Shown here: in pieces, positions 26,472 to 36,018 of the stretch
How the letters are laid out: each line of letters begins with the position of its first letter
How positions within the stretch are numbered: the first letter of the stretch is position 1
Assembly: GCA_041653035.1 (NCBI GenBank)
Contig: JBAZGE010000003.1
Location: 1 to 58,661 of the forward strand
Direction of reading: 5' to 3'
Origin: Candidatus Omnitrophota bacterium
GTDB lineage: Bacteria > Omnitrophota > Gorgyraeia > Gygaellales > Profunditerraquicolaceae
DNA length: 58,661 nt
Notes under the pieces: model-generated
Told to the model about the DNA's origin: nothing
Seen by the model: only the letters and a program-made list of their open reading frames with translations
Database searches by the model: none
Program-made: the position numbers and the translations under genes

Positions 26472-27723
26472 CCTTACGCGAGTCAGGGGAAAAGTCGAAC
26501 GCATCTTCAAATGGTTATATCCCGGGATAGGCATTAAACGCTGGGTTTTTGTTATCGCGTTGGGCGTTGTTCTGGTAATACTGGGTGCCAGTTATCTGGG
26601 AACCGAAGAATACTGGCTGCCGCAGGTTTTTGATTTTATCGTTGTGGTTTCAGGTGTCATTATTCTGGCGCTGGGCATACAGAATATGCTGCATTCTTTT
26701 ATAGCGGCATTTATGCCCCCGTCAAAAGAGAACGAATTAGTCAACATTTTATATCTTCGAAGTCAGCTGAGTAAAGGGCCGAAAATTATCACCGTGGGGG
26801 GCGGTACGGGCCTTTCCACGCTTTTAACCGGCCTTAAAGAATACACCTCAAATATAACCGCGGTTGTAACGGTCGCGGATGAAGGGGGGTCTTCCGGGAG
26901 ATTACGGCAGCAATTCGATATATTGCCGCCCGGAGATATCCGGAACTGCCTGGTAGCCTTGGCAGACGCTTCATCCTTGATGCAGAACTTGTTCCAGTTC
27001 CGTTTTGACAAGGGGTCGGAACTGGCCGGGCATAATTTCGGGAACCTGTTCATAACGGTTATGACGCAGGTGACCGGTGATTTCGAGAAGGCTATTAAAG
27101 AAACAAGCAAGGTTTTGGCGTTGCGCGGGCAGGTGATCCCTTCGACCCTGGATAATGTGGCGTTGGTAGCCGAATATAAGGATGGAACCCGCGTTGAGGG
27201 CGAAGATAAAATTCCCAAGGCTTTAAAGCCTATCGACAGGATTTCTCTGAAGCCCGATTCTTCGGTGGCTACGCCGGAAGCGGTCAAGGCGATCGAAGAA
27301 GCCGATCTTATCATCCTGGGGCCGGGTTCTTTGTACACGAGTATTATTCCCAACCTTTTGATCAAAGGGATAACCGAGGCGATTGTCGCGTCAAAGGCGT
27401 TAAAAGTTTATGTGTGTAATATCATGACCCAGCCCGGAGAGACAGACGGGTACAGCGCTTTTACGCACGTAAAAGCGCTGGTGAAACACAGCCATACTCG
27501 TATCTTTGATTATTGTATCGTGAATACCGGCGAGATATCGCCCGAGATCATTAAGCGTTATGAGAAAGAGAGCGCTTGTTTGGTAGCAGGCGACCAAAGG
27601 AACATTGAAAATATGGGGTATCGGGTGATCGGTGAAGATATCGCCGCGGTGAATGACGGCATTATACGGCACGATCCCATGAAACTGGCCAAAATGATAC
27701 TCGGTTTTATAGAAGAAATATAG
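26458..27723 (+). CDS. yvcK: YvcK/CofD-family gluconeogenesis-factor-like protein with an N-terminal membrane anchor
   Basis: IITVGGGTGLSTLLTGLK and VTVADEGGSSGRLR, with PPGDIRNC, are characteristic of UPF0052/YvcK. Two hydrophobic N-terminal segments. Confidence 0.85.
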   Translation: MRSFNLTRVRGKVERIFKWLYPGIGIKRWVFVIALGVVLVILGASYLGTEEYWLPQVFDFIVVVSGVIILALGIQNMLHSFIAAFMPPSKENELVNILYLRSQLSKGPKIITVGGGTGLSTLLTGLKEYTSNITAVVTVADEGGSSGRLRQQFDILPPGDIRNCLVALADASSLMQNLFQFRFDKGSELAGHNFGNLFITVMTQVTGDFEKAIKETSKVLALRGQVIPSTLDNVALVAEYKDGTRVEGEDKIPKALKPIDRISLKPDSSVATPEAVKAIEEADLIILGPGSLYTSIIPNLLIKGITEAIVASKALKVYVCNIMTQPGETDGYSAFTHVKALVKHSHTRIFDYCIVNTGEISPEIIKRYEKESACLVAGDQRNIENMGYRVIGEDIAAVNDGIIRHDPMKLAKMILGFIEEI

Positions 27724-27748
27724 GAATAATGAGTTATAGGGGATTCAG

Positions 27749-28009
27749 ATGACGAAAGTGGTTAAACAGATCGTGGTGCAGAAAAAAGAGGGCCTCCATG
27801 CCAGGCCGGCGGCTCTTTTTGTGCAGGTCGCGAATAAATTCGACGCCAAGATCACCGTTAAACGGGACGCTGATGAAGTGAACGGCAAGTCGATCATGGG
27901 GATCCTTATGCTGGGTGCCGAGAAAGGCAGTGTTATTATTATCGAAGCGGAGGGGAAAGACGCTCCGCAGGCTATGAAAGAACTGGAAAAGATCGTCGAA
28001 AGCGAATAA
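27749..28009 (+). CDS. ptsH: phosphocarrier protein HPr
   Basis: 86 aa. His15 context GLHARPA and Ser46 context NGKSIMG. Confidence 0.9.
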   Translation: MTKVVKQIVVQKKEGLHARPAALFVQVANKFDAKITVKRDADEVNGKSIMGILMLGAEKGSVIIIEAEGKDAPQAMKELEKIVESE

Positions 28010-28011
28010 CT

Positions 28012-29742
28012 ATGATTACTTTAAAAGGAATAGCGGCGGCACCGGGTATTACCGTTGGTCCGGCCTATAAATTGGGCAGGGAAGATTATGTCGTTCCCCT
28101 CGAAAGCATCCGGCCTGAAGATATTCCTCTGCAGATACAGATTTTCGAAGAGGCTTTAATAAAGACCCGCCGCGAGATTATTGAACTGCAGAAACGGATC
28201 TCAGTCGATATGGGGCAGGAAGAGGCTCAGATATTTGACGCGCATTTGCTGGTTCTCGAGGACCGCATGCTTATTGAGGAGGTTATTTCCCGCCTGAAAA
28301 AGGACCAGGTGAACGTCGCCTATATCTTTCAGGAAGTTTTAAAAAAATATATCTCTGTTTTTTCGAAAATCGAAGATGAATACCTGAAAGAGCGGATATC
28401 CGACGTTAACGACGTAGGGAAACGGATTTTGCGTAATCTTCTGGGGCGCGAGCGCAAGAACCTGAAAGACCTGCAGGAGAAGGCGGTGGTGGTGGCGCAT
28501 GACCTTTCTCCTTCCGATACCGCGGCAATGTATAAGCAGAAAGTGTGCGCTTTTGTGACCGATATCGGAGGCAAGACTTCGCATACCGCGATCATAGCTA
28601 AATCCCTCGAGATCCCCGCGGTCGTGGGTACCGAATCGATTACCGCCAAAACGCAGTCCGGCGATATGCTTATTGTCGACGGGAACACCGGGATGGTGAT
28701 TATCAATCCCGATGAGGAGACCCTGAATTTATATTTGCAGGAAGAACAGAAGTTCAAGGGTTTTTCAGAGAAGTTTTGGGCGGTAAAGGACCTGCCTGCC
28801 CAGACGGTAGACGGGGTGACGGTTGAGATCGCCAGCAATATTGAATTTCCCGACGAAGTGCCTTCGGTCAAGCTGCATGGCGGGCAGAGTATAGGATTGT
28901 ACCGCACGGAATTTTTTTACATGAACAGGAAAGACCTTCCTACTGAAGAAGAGCATTTTCAGGCGTATAAATTCGTGGCGGAACAGATGATCCCTTATCG
29001 GGTAATCATTCGCACTTTAGACCTGGGAGGGGATAAATTCCTTTCGCAGTTCGATATCCCCAAAGACATGCAGCCGTTTCTGGGATGGCGCGCTATCCGG
29101 TTTTGTCTCGCGCGGCCGGACATATTCAAGCTGCAGCTGCGGGCTATTCTTCGCGCGTCGGCGTTCGGCAATCTGAAATTGATGTATCCGATGATCTCCG
29201 GCGTGGAAGAATTGCGGCAGGCAAATAAGATTCTGGGCGATTGCCGTGAAGAATTGAGCAGAGAGGGCACCGTGTTCAACAAAGATCTTGAAGTAGGGGT
29301 GATGATAGAAGTGCCTTCAGCGGCAATGACCGCCGACCTGCTGGCAAAGGAAGCGGATTTTTTCAGTATCGGTACCAACGATCTTATCCAGTATGCTTTG
29401 GCGGTAGACCGTACCAACGAAAAAGTGGCGTATTTATATGAACCCGCGCATCCCGCGGTACTGCGTATGGTCAGGGATGTCATTGAGGCCGCACACGCGA
29501 ACAAGATATGGGTGGGTATGTGCGGAGAAATGGCCTCTGATCCGATCTTCGCGTTGATACTTCTGGGGCTCGGGCTGGATGAGTTCAGTATGCCGTCGCT
29601 GGCGATCCCGCAGATGAAATATATGATCCGTTCGGTCTCTGCCGCGGACGCCCGGAACATAGCCCGTGAAGCGTTAAGTTTGTCGACCGCGAAAGAGGTC
29701 GAATCGTTCGTCCACGACAGGGTCAGGGATATTCTGAAATAA
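28012..29742 (+). CDS. ptsI: phosphoenolpyruvate--protein phosphotransferase (Enzyme I)
   Basis: 576 aa. Active-site His in GGKTSHTAIIAKSLEIPAVVG and a PEP-utilising C-terminal domain (FFSIGTNDLIQY). Confidence 0.95.
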   Translation: MITLKGIAAAPGITVGPAYKLGREDYVVPLESIRPEDIPLQIQIFEEALIKTRREIIELQKRISVDMGQEEAQIFDAHLLVLEDRMLIEEVISRLKKDQVNVAYIFQEVLKKYISVFSKIEDEYLKERISDVNDVGKRILRNLLGRERKNLKDLQEKAVVVAHDLSPSDTAAMYKQKVCAFVTDIGGKTSHTAIIAKSLEIPAVVGTESITAKTQSGDMLIVDGNTGMVIINPDEETLNLYLQEEQKFKGFSEKFWAVKDLPAQTVDGVTVEIASNIEFPDEVPSVKLHGGQSIGLYRTEFFYMNRKDLPTEEEHFQAYKFVAEQMIPYRVIIRTLDLGGDKFLSQFDIPKDMQPFLGWRAIRFCLARPDIFKLQLRAILRASAFGNLKLMYPMISGVEELRQANKILGDCREELSREGTVFNKDLEVGVMIEVPSAAMTADLLAKEADFFSIGTNDLIQYALAVDRTNEKVAYLYEPAHPAVLRMVRDVIEAAHANKIWVGMCGEMASDPIFALILLGLGLDEFSMPSLAIPQMKYMIRSVSAADARNIAREALSLSTAKEVESFVHDRVRDILK

Positions 29743-29776
29743 CGTTTTTGGCTGACGCTTAACTAATAACTCGACT

Positions 29777-30517
29777 ATGAAAGCTTTGATACTTGCTGCC
29801 GGCTACGGCACGCGGTTATATCCATACACACGGTTCTTGCCCAAACCGCTCTTGAAGGTAAATAAGCGGCCGATCATCGAATATCTGCTGGATAAGATTA
29901 TTGAGTTGGACGGTCTTTCCGAGATAATCGTGGTGACCAACGACCGTTTTTTCAAACGGTTCGGGGCCTGGCGGGAGACACTGCCGTTCAAGAAAAAAGT
30001 CCGTGTATTGAACGATATGACTAAAAACCCGAAGGAACGGCTGGGTGCGGTCGGCGACATGAATTGGGTGTTCCGCAAAACGGGTTTTGACGAAGATTAT
30101 CTGGTATTGGGCGGGGACAATTTTTTCAAGGCACCGTTAACGGATTTTGTCAGGGAGGGAAAGAAGAACGCTCCCTCTGTGACGGTGGGGGTTTTTGATG
30201 TTAAGGATAGGGAAGAAGCCTGCCATTACGGCGTGGTTACCGTTGGGCGGGGCAATCGCATCGTGAAATTTGTCGAAAAACCCGCACATCCCGAGTCGAG
30301 CCTGATAGCTATGTGCTTGTATTATTTGCCGGTTGAAAAAGCGGGTTTGATCGCGGAATATTTCAAGACCACGAACTCGAAAGACTCTATCGGGGTATTT
30401 ATAGATTGGGTGACGAAGCAGGATAAAGTGTTCGGTTCCACATTTCATGATTTCTGGATAGATATCGGGCGTATTCAAACGTACCGAAAATTGAAGAGTT
30501 TATTCAAAAAAAATTAA
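29777..30517 (+). CDS. sugar-phosphate nucleotidyltransferase (NTP_transferase fold)
   Basis: N-terminal MKALILAAGYGTRLYPYT..PKPLL signature of glucose-1-phosphate nucleotidyltransferases. Substrate specificity not assignable. Confidence 0.75.
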   Translation: MKALILAAGYGTRLYPYTRFLPKPLLKVNKRPIIEYLLDKIIELDGLSEIIVVTNDRFFKRFGAWRETLPFKKKVRVLNDMTKNPKERLGAVGDMNWVFRKTGFDEDYLVLGGDNFFKAPLTDFVREGKKNAPSVTVGVFDVKDREEACHYGVVTVGRGNRIVKFVEKPAHPESSLIAMCLYYLPVEKAGLIAEYFKTTNSKDSIGVFIDWVTKQDKVFGSTFHDFWIDIGRIQTYRKLKSLFKKN

Positions 30518-30608
30518 TCCGGCTGGTAAACCCGGGCACGCGGTCCGGGAGGAAATGCCGGCATCATCCCGTTGTACGGGATTGTTAAACAATGAAGGAG
30601 GTTTTTAG

Positions 30609-31772
30609 ATGCGTAAGATTTATTTTACATCGGAATCAGTGGCGGAGGGGCATCCGGATAAGGTTTGTGATCAGATATCGGACGGGGTGCTCGATGATGT
30701 TCTGCGCCAGGACCCGTACGGCAGGGTAGCTTGTGAAACCTACGTGACCATGGGGCTGCTTATTGTCGGAGGTGAAATTACCACTACGGGATATGTGGAC
30801 GTGCACAATCTTACGCGGAATATATTGAAAGAGATCGGGTATACCCATCCCAAGTACGGGTTTGATTATCATACCTGTGCGGTTATCAATACCATACACA
30901 CACAGTCGCCGGATATCGCCCAGGGGGTTGATAAAGGCGGCGCCGGGGACCAGGGGTTCATGGTGGGGTATGCCTGCCGTGAAACGGAGGAACTCATGCC
31001 GCTGCCTATTATGCTTGCCCATAAACTGGTAAAGCGTATGGCGGAAGTGAGGAAAAAAGGCGAATTGAAATACCTGGGCCCGGACGGTAAATCGCAGGTG
31101 ACCGTGGAATATCACGACGGTGTTCCCAAAAGGGTGGATTGCTGTGTCCTCGCCTGCCAGCATACCGATGATATATTGGATTCAACCAAAGAAAGGATCA
31201 CCAAACAGGCACGGCAGGATATCATTGATTTGATCGCCAAACCGATTTTGAAGGAATATATGGATAAAGACACGAAATTTTTCGTGAATGAGACCGGGAA
31301 GTTCGTGATCGGTGGGCCTCAATCCGATACCGGAATGACCGGGAGGAAGATCGTCGTGGATACCTACGGCGGTATGGTAGCCAGCGGCGGCGGGGCTTTT
31401 TCCGGGAAGGATCCAACTAAAGTTGATCGTTCAGCCGCGTATATGGTCCGGTATGTTGCCAAGAATATCGTAGCCGCCGGATTGGCGGACAAATGTTTGA
31501 TACATGTCGCTTACGTTATCGGCCGCGCCGAACCGCTGGCGATCATGGTTGATACTTTCGGAACGGGGAAACTTTCCGAGGCGTCGTACGTTAAGCTCAT
31601 CCGTGATAATTTCGATCTGACCCCTTCGGGAATGATCAAGTCCCTGGATCTTCTCAGGCCTATTTACCGGAAAACCGCTTGCTGCGGACATTTCGGAAGA
31701 ACGGAACCGGAATTCAGCTGGGAGAGCACGGATAAGGCGGCGGCGTTGAAGAAACAGGCGGCAAAACTATAA
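30609..31772 (+). CDS. metK: S-adenosylmethionine synthase
   Basis: [21 protein letters not shown]-terminus and [19 protein letters not shown]. Confidence 0.95.
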   Translation: MRKIYFTSESVAEGHPDKVCDQISDGVLDDVLRQDPYGRVACETYVTMGLLIVGGEITTTGYVDVHNLTRNILKEIGYTHPKYGFDYHTCAVINTIHTQSPDIAQGVDKGGAGDQGFMVGYACRETEELMPLPIMLAHKLVKRMAEVRKKGELKYLGPDGKSQVTVEYHDGVPKRVDCCVLACQHTDDILDSTKERITKQARQDIIDLIAKPILKEYMDKDTKFFVNETGKFVIGGPQSDTGMTGRKIVVDTYGGMVASGGGAFSGKDPTKVDRSAAYMVRYVAKNIVAAGLADKCLIHVAYVIGRAEPLAIMVDTFGTGKLSEASYVKLIRDNFDLTPSGMIKSLDLLRPIYRKTACCGHFGRTEPEFSWESTDKAAALKKQAAKL

Positions 31773-31783
31773 TTAAACGAGAA

Positions 31784-31873
31784 CTTAGTGTATAAGTTTG
31801 TAAGTGTAAAAAAAAGACTGAGCACTTAGTGCGGCAGCGCTTACACACTTTATACTTACAAACTTACACACTA
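31784..31873. repeat. short-tandem-repeat palindrome, GTAAGT type (metK-ahcY spacer)
   Basis: Left arm TAGTGTATAAGTTTGTAAGTGTAAA. The right arm's reverse complement reads TAGTGTGTAAGTTTGTAAGTATAAAGTGTGTAAGC (2 mismatches in 25). Confidence 0.88.
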
Positions 31874-31893
31874 TTTGAAGACAGGAGGATGAT

Positions 31894-33153
31894 TTGAACT
31901 ACGACGTCAAGGATATGAAACTTGCGCATAAGGGGGCGTTGCGCATCGAGTGGGCGCGTAACAATATGCCGGTACTCCGGCTGATCGCCGAACGTTTTAA
32001 AAAAGAAAAGCCGTTATCCGGCGTAAAGGTTGCCTGTTGTCTGCACGTGACCACGGAGACAGCGGTATTGATGGAGGTTTTGAAAGCGGGCGGCGCGCAG
32101 ATAACTTTATGCGCTTCCAATCCGTTATCCACCCAGGATGATGTTGCCGCTTCTCTGGTCAAAGACCTTAAGATACCGGTTTTCGCGATCAAAGGCGAAA
32201 ATACCAAGGTATATTACAGCCATATAGCGGCAGTATTGTCAATGGCTCCCGTCGTCACTATGGACGACGGAGCGGACCTGGTTTCCACCATCCATCAGAA
32301 ACCGGATACCTACAAACTGAAAAGTATTATCGGCGGGACCGAAGAGACCACTACGGGCGTGATTCGTTTGCGTTCCCTGGCCGGCGAGGGGAAATTGGGA
32401 TATCCTATTATCGCGGTGAACGACGCCCAGACCAAACATTTGTTCGATAACCGGTATGGGACCGGTCAGTCCTCTATTGACGGCATCGTGCGCGCCACCA
32501 ACAAATTACTGAGCGGTGCCGCGTTCGTGGTTTGCGGGTACGGCTGGTGCGGGAAAGGCGTTGCCATGCGTGCGAAAGGCATGGGATCGCGGGTGATCAT
32601 AGTCGAAGTGGACCCGCTGCGCGCTTTGGAGGCTTCCATGGACGGTTTTGAGGTGATGCCCATAGCCGCCGCCGCCAAAATCGGGGATGTGTTCCTGACT
32701 GTAACCGGGGATATTAACGTTATCAGGCGCGAGCATTTCCCAATCATGAAAGACGGGGCCATCCTTGCCAATTCCGGGCATTTTAACGTTGAGATCGATG
32801 TCCCTTCACTGGAAAAGCTCAGCAAACAGAAACGGACGATACGGGAGTTTGTGGAAGAATATACGCTTTCAAACGGCCGCAGGATCTATGTGTTGGGAGA
32901 AGGCAGGTTGATCAATCTGGCCGCGGCAGAAGGGCATCCGGCGCAGGTCATGGATATGTCTTTCGCGAATCAGGCCTTAAGCGCCGAATACATGCTTAAA
33001 CATTACAAGGAATTGAACCATGAAGTATATAAAGTCCCCGAGGATATCGACAAAAATATCGCGGCTTTAAAACTGAAATCGATGGGGATTACCGTCGATA
33101 CGTTAACTGCGGAGCAGAAAAAATATTTAGCGAGCTGGGAAATCGGCACGTAG
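31894..33153 (+). CDS. ahcY: adenosylhomocysteinase
   Basis: 419 aa. NAD-binding [10 protein letters not shown] and [15 protein letters not shown] start after AGGAGG. Confidence 0.95.
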   Translation: MNYDVKDMKLAHKGALRIEWARNNMPVLRLIAERFKKEKPLSGVKVACCLHVTTETAVLMEVLKAGGAQITLCASNPLSTQDDVAASLVKDLKIPVFAIKGENTKVYYSHIAAVLSMAPVVTMDDGADLVSTIHQKPDTYKLKSIIGGTEETTTGVIRLRSLAGEGKLGYPIIAVNDAQTKHLFDNRYGTGQSSIDGIVRATNKLLSGAAFVVCGYGWCGKGVAMRAKGMGSRVIIVEVDPLRALEASMDGFEVMPIAAAAKIGDVFLTVTGDINVIRREHFPIMKDGAILANSGHFNVEIDVPSLEKLSKQKRTIREFVEEYTLSNGRRIYVLGEGRLINLAAAEGHPAQVMDMSFANQALSAEYMLKHYKELNHEVYKVPEDIDKNIAALKLKSMGITVDTLTAEQKKYLASWEIGT

Positions 33154-33243
33154 AGTAAGTAGTGTGTAAGTTTTTAAGTGTACAGTGTGTAAGTGATCAA
33201 TGTGTTTTTACTTACAAACTTTACACTTACACACTTTACACTA
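33154..33243. repeat. short-tandem-repeat palindrome, GTAAGT type (ahcY-DUF4139 spacer)
   Basis: Left arm AGTAAGTAGTGTGTAAGTTTTTAAGTGTACAGTGTGTAAGTG. Right arm CTTACAAACTTTACACTTACACACTTTACACTA. Confidence 0.88.
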
Positions 33244-33258
33244 ACGAGGGGGGATGCG

Positions 33259-34932
33259 ATGAGAAAAGTATTGTTTCTTTTCTTGATAGGAATGTTTCTT
33301 ACTGGTGTGTATGTCTGTTCTTACGCGTCGCAGGTCACCGTTGATTCGAGAATCTCGCAGGTGATGCTTTATGCCGATTCCGTGTTGATCACCAGGACCG
33401 CGGAGGTTTCCCTGGATGCCGGAGAATTTAATCTTGTTTTTCCCGATATCATTCCCGAAGTGGACGAAAATTCCTTGAAGGTTACGGCATCGGGGGAAGC
33501 CGGGTTTAAATTGTTCGGAGCGCAGGTAAAAAAAGAGTTCCTGGAAGAAACTCCTTCGGCGAGAATAAAAGAAATACAGGCTCAGATTCGTTCTTTGAAT
33601 GATGAAAACAGGCAGTTTGAGGATCAGCGAAAGCTGCTCTTCGAGGAAAAAGCATTTCTCGACTCCATCCGGTTATTCTCGGGCGGGCAGATACCTAAAG
33701 ATTTGGTGACTAAAGTTCCCACGCCCCAGGAACTGGAGGGAACTCTGGGGTTTCTTGACGCGAAGCTGCGGTCCCATTATTCCGCGGTCATGGATTGCGA
33801 GTTGAAGATGAGGGCACTGGCTGAGAAGATCGATGTTTTGGAACGGGAATTGGCGCAGATATCCGGGCCGGTGGATAAAATAAAACGGTCGATCATCGTG
33901 GACGCGCAGGTGAACAAGGGCGGGAAGTTCTCTATAAACGTGGCGTATCTGGTCAGGGGAGGCGCGGAATGGCAGCCGTTGTATGACGCGCGCGCGTCTT
34001 TTGAGAAGAACGAAGTAGAACTTGTTTCTTACGGCGTGGTACGTCAATTTACGGGAGAAGACTGGAATGACGTGGAAATGTCCCTGTCGACCGCGAAACC
34101 TTCGATTGGCGGGAATATTCCGTATATTTCTCCTTGGGTCTTGAAGCCGTTCCAGCCGCGTATGTTTTCCCGGGATAAAATGGCTTCCATGCCCATGGCG
34201 GCCAGGATGCAGAACCAGGCTCTTGAGATGAAAGACGAGGCGGTAACCGGCGCCGCGGCTCCGGAAGAAGCCGCGTATGCCGACGCCCAGGAACGGGGTA
34301 TATCCGTGGTTTATAAACTCCCGCGGAAAGTAAGCGTTAAATCCGACGGTTCGGAATATAAACTTCCGGTGTCGAACCAGGTTTTGAAAGCGAATTTCGA
34401 ATACGCGGCCTACCCGCGGATAAGCCCGTTCGCCTATCTCGGTTCGCGGGTAACCAACAGCAAGGAATTGCAGCTCCTGGCCGGGAAGGTGAATATATTC
34501 CTCGATGGTGATTTTGTCGGCGCTTCGAATATCAATAATATCAGCCCGGGGGAAGAATTCGATTTGTACCTGGGCGCGGATGAAAATGTAAAGATTAAGA
34601 GGGAGATTATCGAAAAGAAATCCGACGAGACCCTGTTCGCGAACATCCCGTCTCCGGTAAAACAAATAGCCTTTAAATATAAACTGAGCGCGGAAAATTA
34701 TAAATCGCGCAGGATCAGAGTGAAGTTGTTTGACGCTGTTCCGGTTTCCGAAGAGGACCGTATCAAAGTAAAGATAAACCAGGTAAGCCTTGAGCCTAAG
34801 GAAAAAGACTGGAAGGATAGAAAAGGCATCTGGTTGTGGGAATTGGAACTGGAGCCAAAAGCGAAGCAGGAAATATTCCTGAATTTCACGATTTCTCATC
34901 CGAGAGAAATGCAGGTGGAGGGGCTGGAGTAG
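33259..34932 (+). CDS. secreted DUF4139/DUF4140 protein (MuiA-like, function unknown)
   Basis: Signal-peptide-like MRKVLFLFLIGMFLTGVYVCSYA, then the VTVDSRISQVMLYADSVLITRTAEV..G.N.LVF pattern typical of this family. The ORF-track N-terminus translates a repeat arm. Confidence 0.75.
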   Translation: MRKVLFLFLIGMFLTGVYVCSYASQVTVDSRISQVMLYADSVLITRTAEVSLDAGEFNLVFPDIIPEVDENSLKVTASGEAGFKLFGAQVKKEFLEETPSARIKEIQAQIRSLNDENRQFEDQRKLLFEEKAFLDSIRLFSGGQIPKDLVTKVPTPQELEGTLGFLDAKLRSHYSAVMDCELKMRALAEKIDVLERELAQISGPVDKIKRSIIVDAQVNKGGKFSINVAYLVRGGAEWQPLYDARASFEKNEVELVSYGVVRQFTGEDWNDVEMSLSTAKPSIGGNIPYISPWVLKPFQPRMFSRDKMASMPMAARMQNQALEMKDEAVTGAAAPEEAAYADAQERGISVVYKLPRKVSVKSDGSEYKLPVSNQVLKANFEYAAYPRISPFAYLGSRVTNSKELQLLAGKVNIFLDGDFVGASNINNISPGEEFDLYLGADENVKIKREIIEKKSDETLFANIPSPVKQIAFKYKLSAENYKSRRIRVKLFDAVPVSEEDRIKVKINQVSLEPKEKDWKDRKGIWLWELELEPKAKQEIFLNFTISHPREMQVEGLE

Positions 34933-34957
34933 GAAAAAAGGTTGTTGTTTTCTTTTG

Positions 34958-34975
34958 TCATTAACCGCCATTAAC
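34958..34975. repeat. two-unit TTAACC fragment (10-nt period) upstream of pfkA
   Basis: CATTAACCGCCATTAACC, same flavour and spacing as the right arms at 52266-52312 and 55734-55759. Confidence 0.6.
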
Positions 34976-34985
34976 CTTATCGACG

Positions 34986-35951
34986 ATGAAGATCAAGCGA
35001 ATAGGAGTTCTTACTTCGGGCGGCGATGCGCCGGGCATGAACGCGGCGATCCGCGCGGTTGTCCGCTCCGCGCTCTTTAATAAAGTGGAAGTCATGGGGA
35101 TTTATCGCGGCTACGAAGGGCTTATCCAGGAGGATATAAAACTTTTGGATCATCGTTCTGTTTCCAATATTATCAATCGCGGCGGTACCATTCTAAAGAC
35201 TGCCCGTTCCGAGAAGTTCCTGAAGCGTGAAGGGCAAAAACGGGCGGTGGAAAACTTAAAGAGGAATAAGATCGACGCCGTGGTTGTGATAGGCGGGGAC
35301 GGCACGTACCGGGGCGGGATTGCTTTGAGCGAACGGTGGCATATTCCCTGTATCGGCGTGCCGGGAACCATAGATAACGATGTGTACGGTACCGATTCCA
35401 CCATTGGTTCCGATACCGCGGTCAATACGGCGGTTGAGGCAATCGATAAGATACGGGATACCGCGACCTCCATGGAACGGGTTTTCGTGGTCGAGGTCAT
35501 GGGAAGGGACAGCGGATATATCGCTTTGCAGGTGGCGGTGAGCGGCGGCGCGGAGGAAGTATTGCTCCCGGAACAGAAGTTCAGCATGTATGATATGTGC
35601 CATGCTATCGTGGAGGGGAATCTGCGGGGCAAGATCAGCTGGATCATTATTACCGCTGAAGGCCGGGCAAAGGCGGCGGATGTAGCGCGCCGGATCAACG
35701 AGATGACCACGCTGGAGACCAGAGAAGTGGTCCTGGGGCATGTACAGCGGGGAGGCAGTCCCACGGCACGGGACAGGATCCTTGCTTCGCTTTTCGGAGC
35801 GGCCGCGGTTGATCTTTTGTTGAAAGGGAAAAGCGGCAAAGCCGTGGGGATCATTTCCGACAAGATCAATATCGTCGATCTGAAGGATGCGGTGAAAAAA
35901 ACGAAACTGCAGGCGGGCAGTCTTTATAAATTGATAAAGATACTCACGTAA
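34986..35951 (+). CDS. pfkA: ATP-dependent 6-phosphofructokinase
   Basis: IGVLTSGGDAPGMNAAIRAVVR, GGDGTYRG and PGTIDND motifs. Confidence 0.95.
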   Translation: MKIKRIGVLTSGGDAPGMNAAIRAVVRSALFNKVEVMGIYRGYEGLIQEDIKLLDHRSVSNIINRGGTILKTARSEKFLKREGQKRAVENLKRNKIDAVVVIGGDGTYRGGIALSERWHIPCIGVPGTIDNDVYGTDSTIGSDTAVNTAVEAIDKIRDTATSMERVFVVEVMGRDSGYIALQVAVSGGAEEVLLPEQKFSMYDMCHAIVEGNLRGKISWIIITAEGRAKAADVARRINEMTTLETREVVLGHVQRGGSPTARDRILASLFGAAAVDLLLKGKSGKAVGIISDKINIVDLKDAVKKTKLQAGSLYKLIKILT

Positions 35952-36018
35952 TACTAAGCGGGAAAATGACAAAACTGATTTTGTGATTTGACATTGAAAA
36001 AAGAGAGGAGATAAGACA

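Noticed and set aside
30518-30608. Possible SAM riboswitch upstream of metK, or an SAH riboswitch upstream of ahcY.
   Set aside because: The 90-nt spacer has hairpins (CCCGG..CCGGG, ATCCCG-TTGTA-CGGGAT), but I cannot recognise the conserved cores of the SAM-I, II, III, V or VI or SAH classes. The ahcY upstream region is fully accounted for by the GTAAGT-type palindrome. A covariance-model scan would settle this.
33673-34971. 432-aa minus-strand ORF antisense to the DUF4139 gene, plus similar long antisense ORFs at 7015-7986, 36529-37323, 39621-40379, 35256-36080 and 38222-38887.
   Set aside because: Each overlaps a plus-strand gene that has clear family motifs. Their translations are low-complexity and Arg/Pro/Gly/His-rich with no recognisable domains. 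This is typical of shadow ORFs on the strand opposite real genes.
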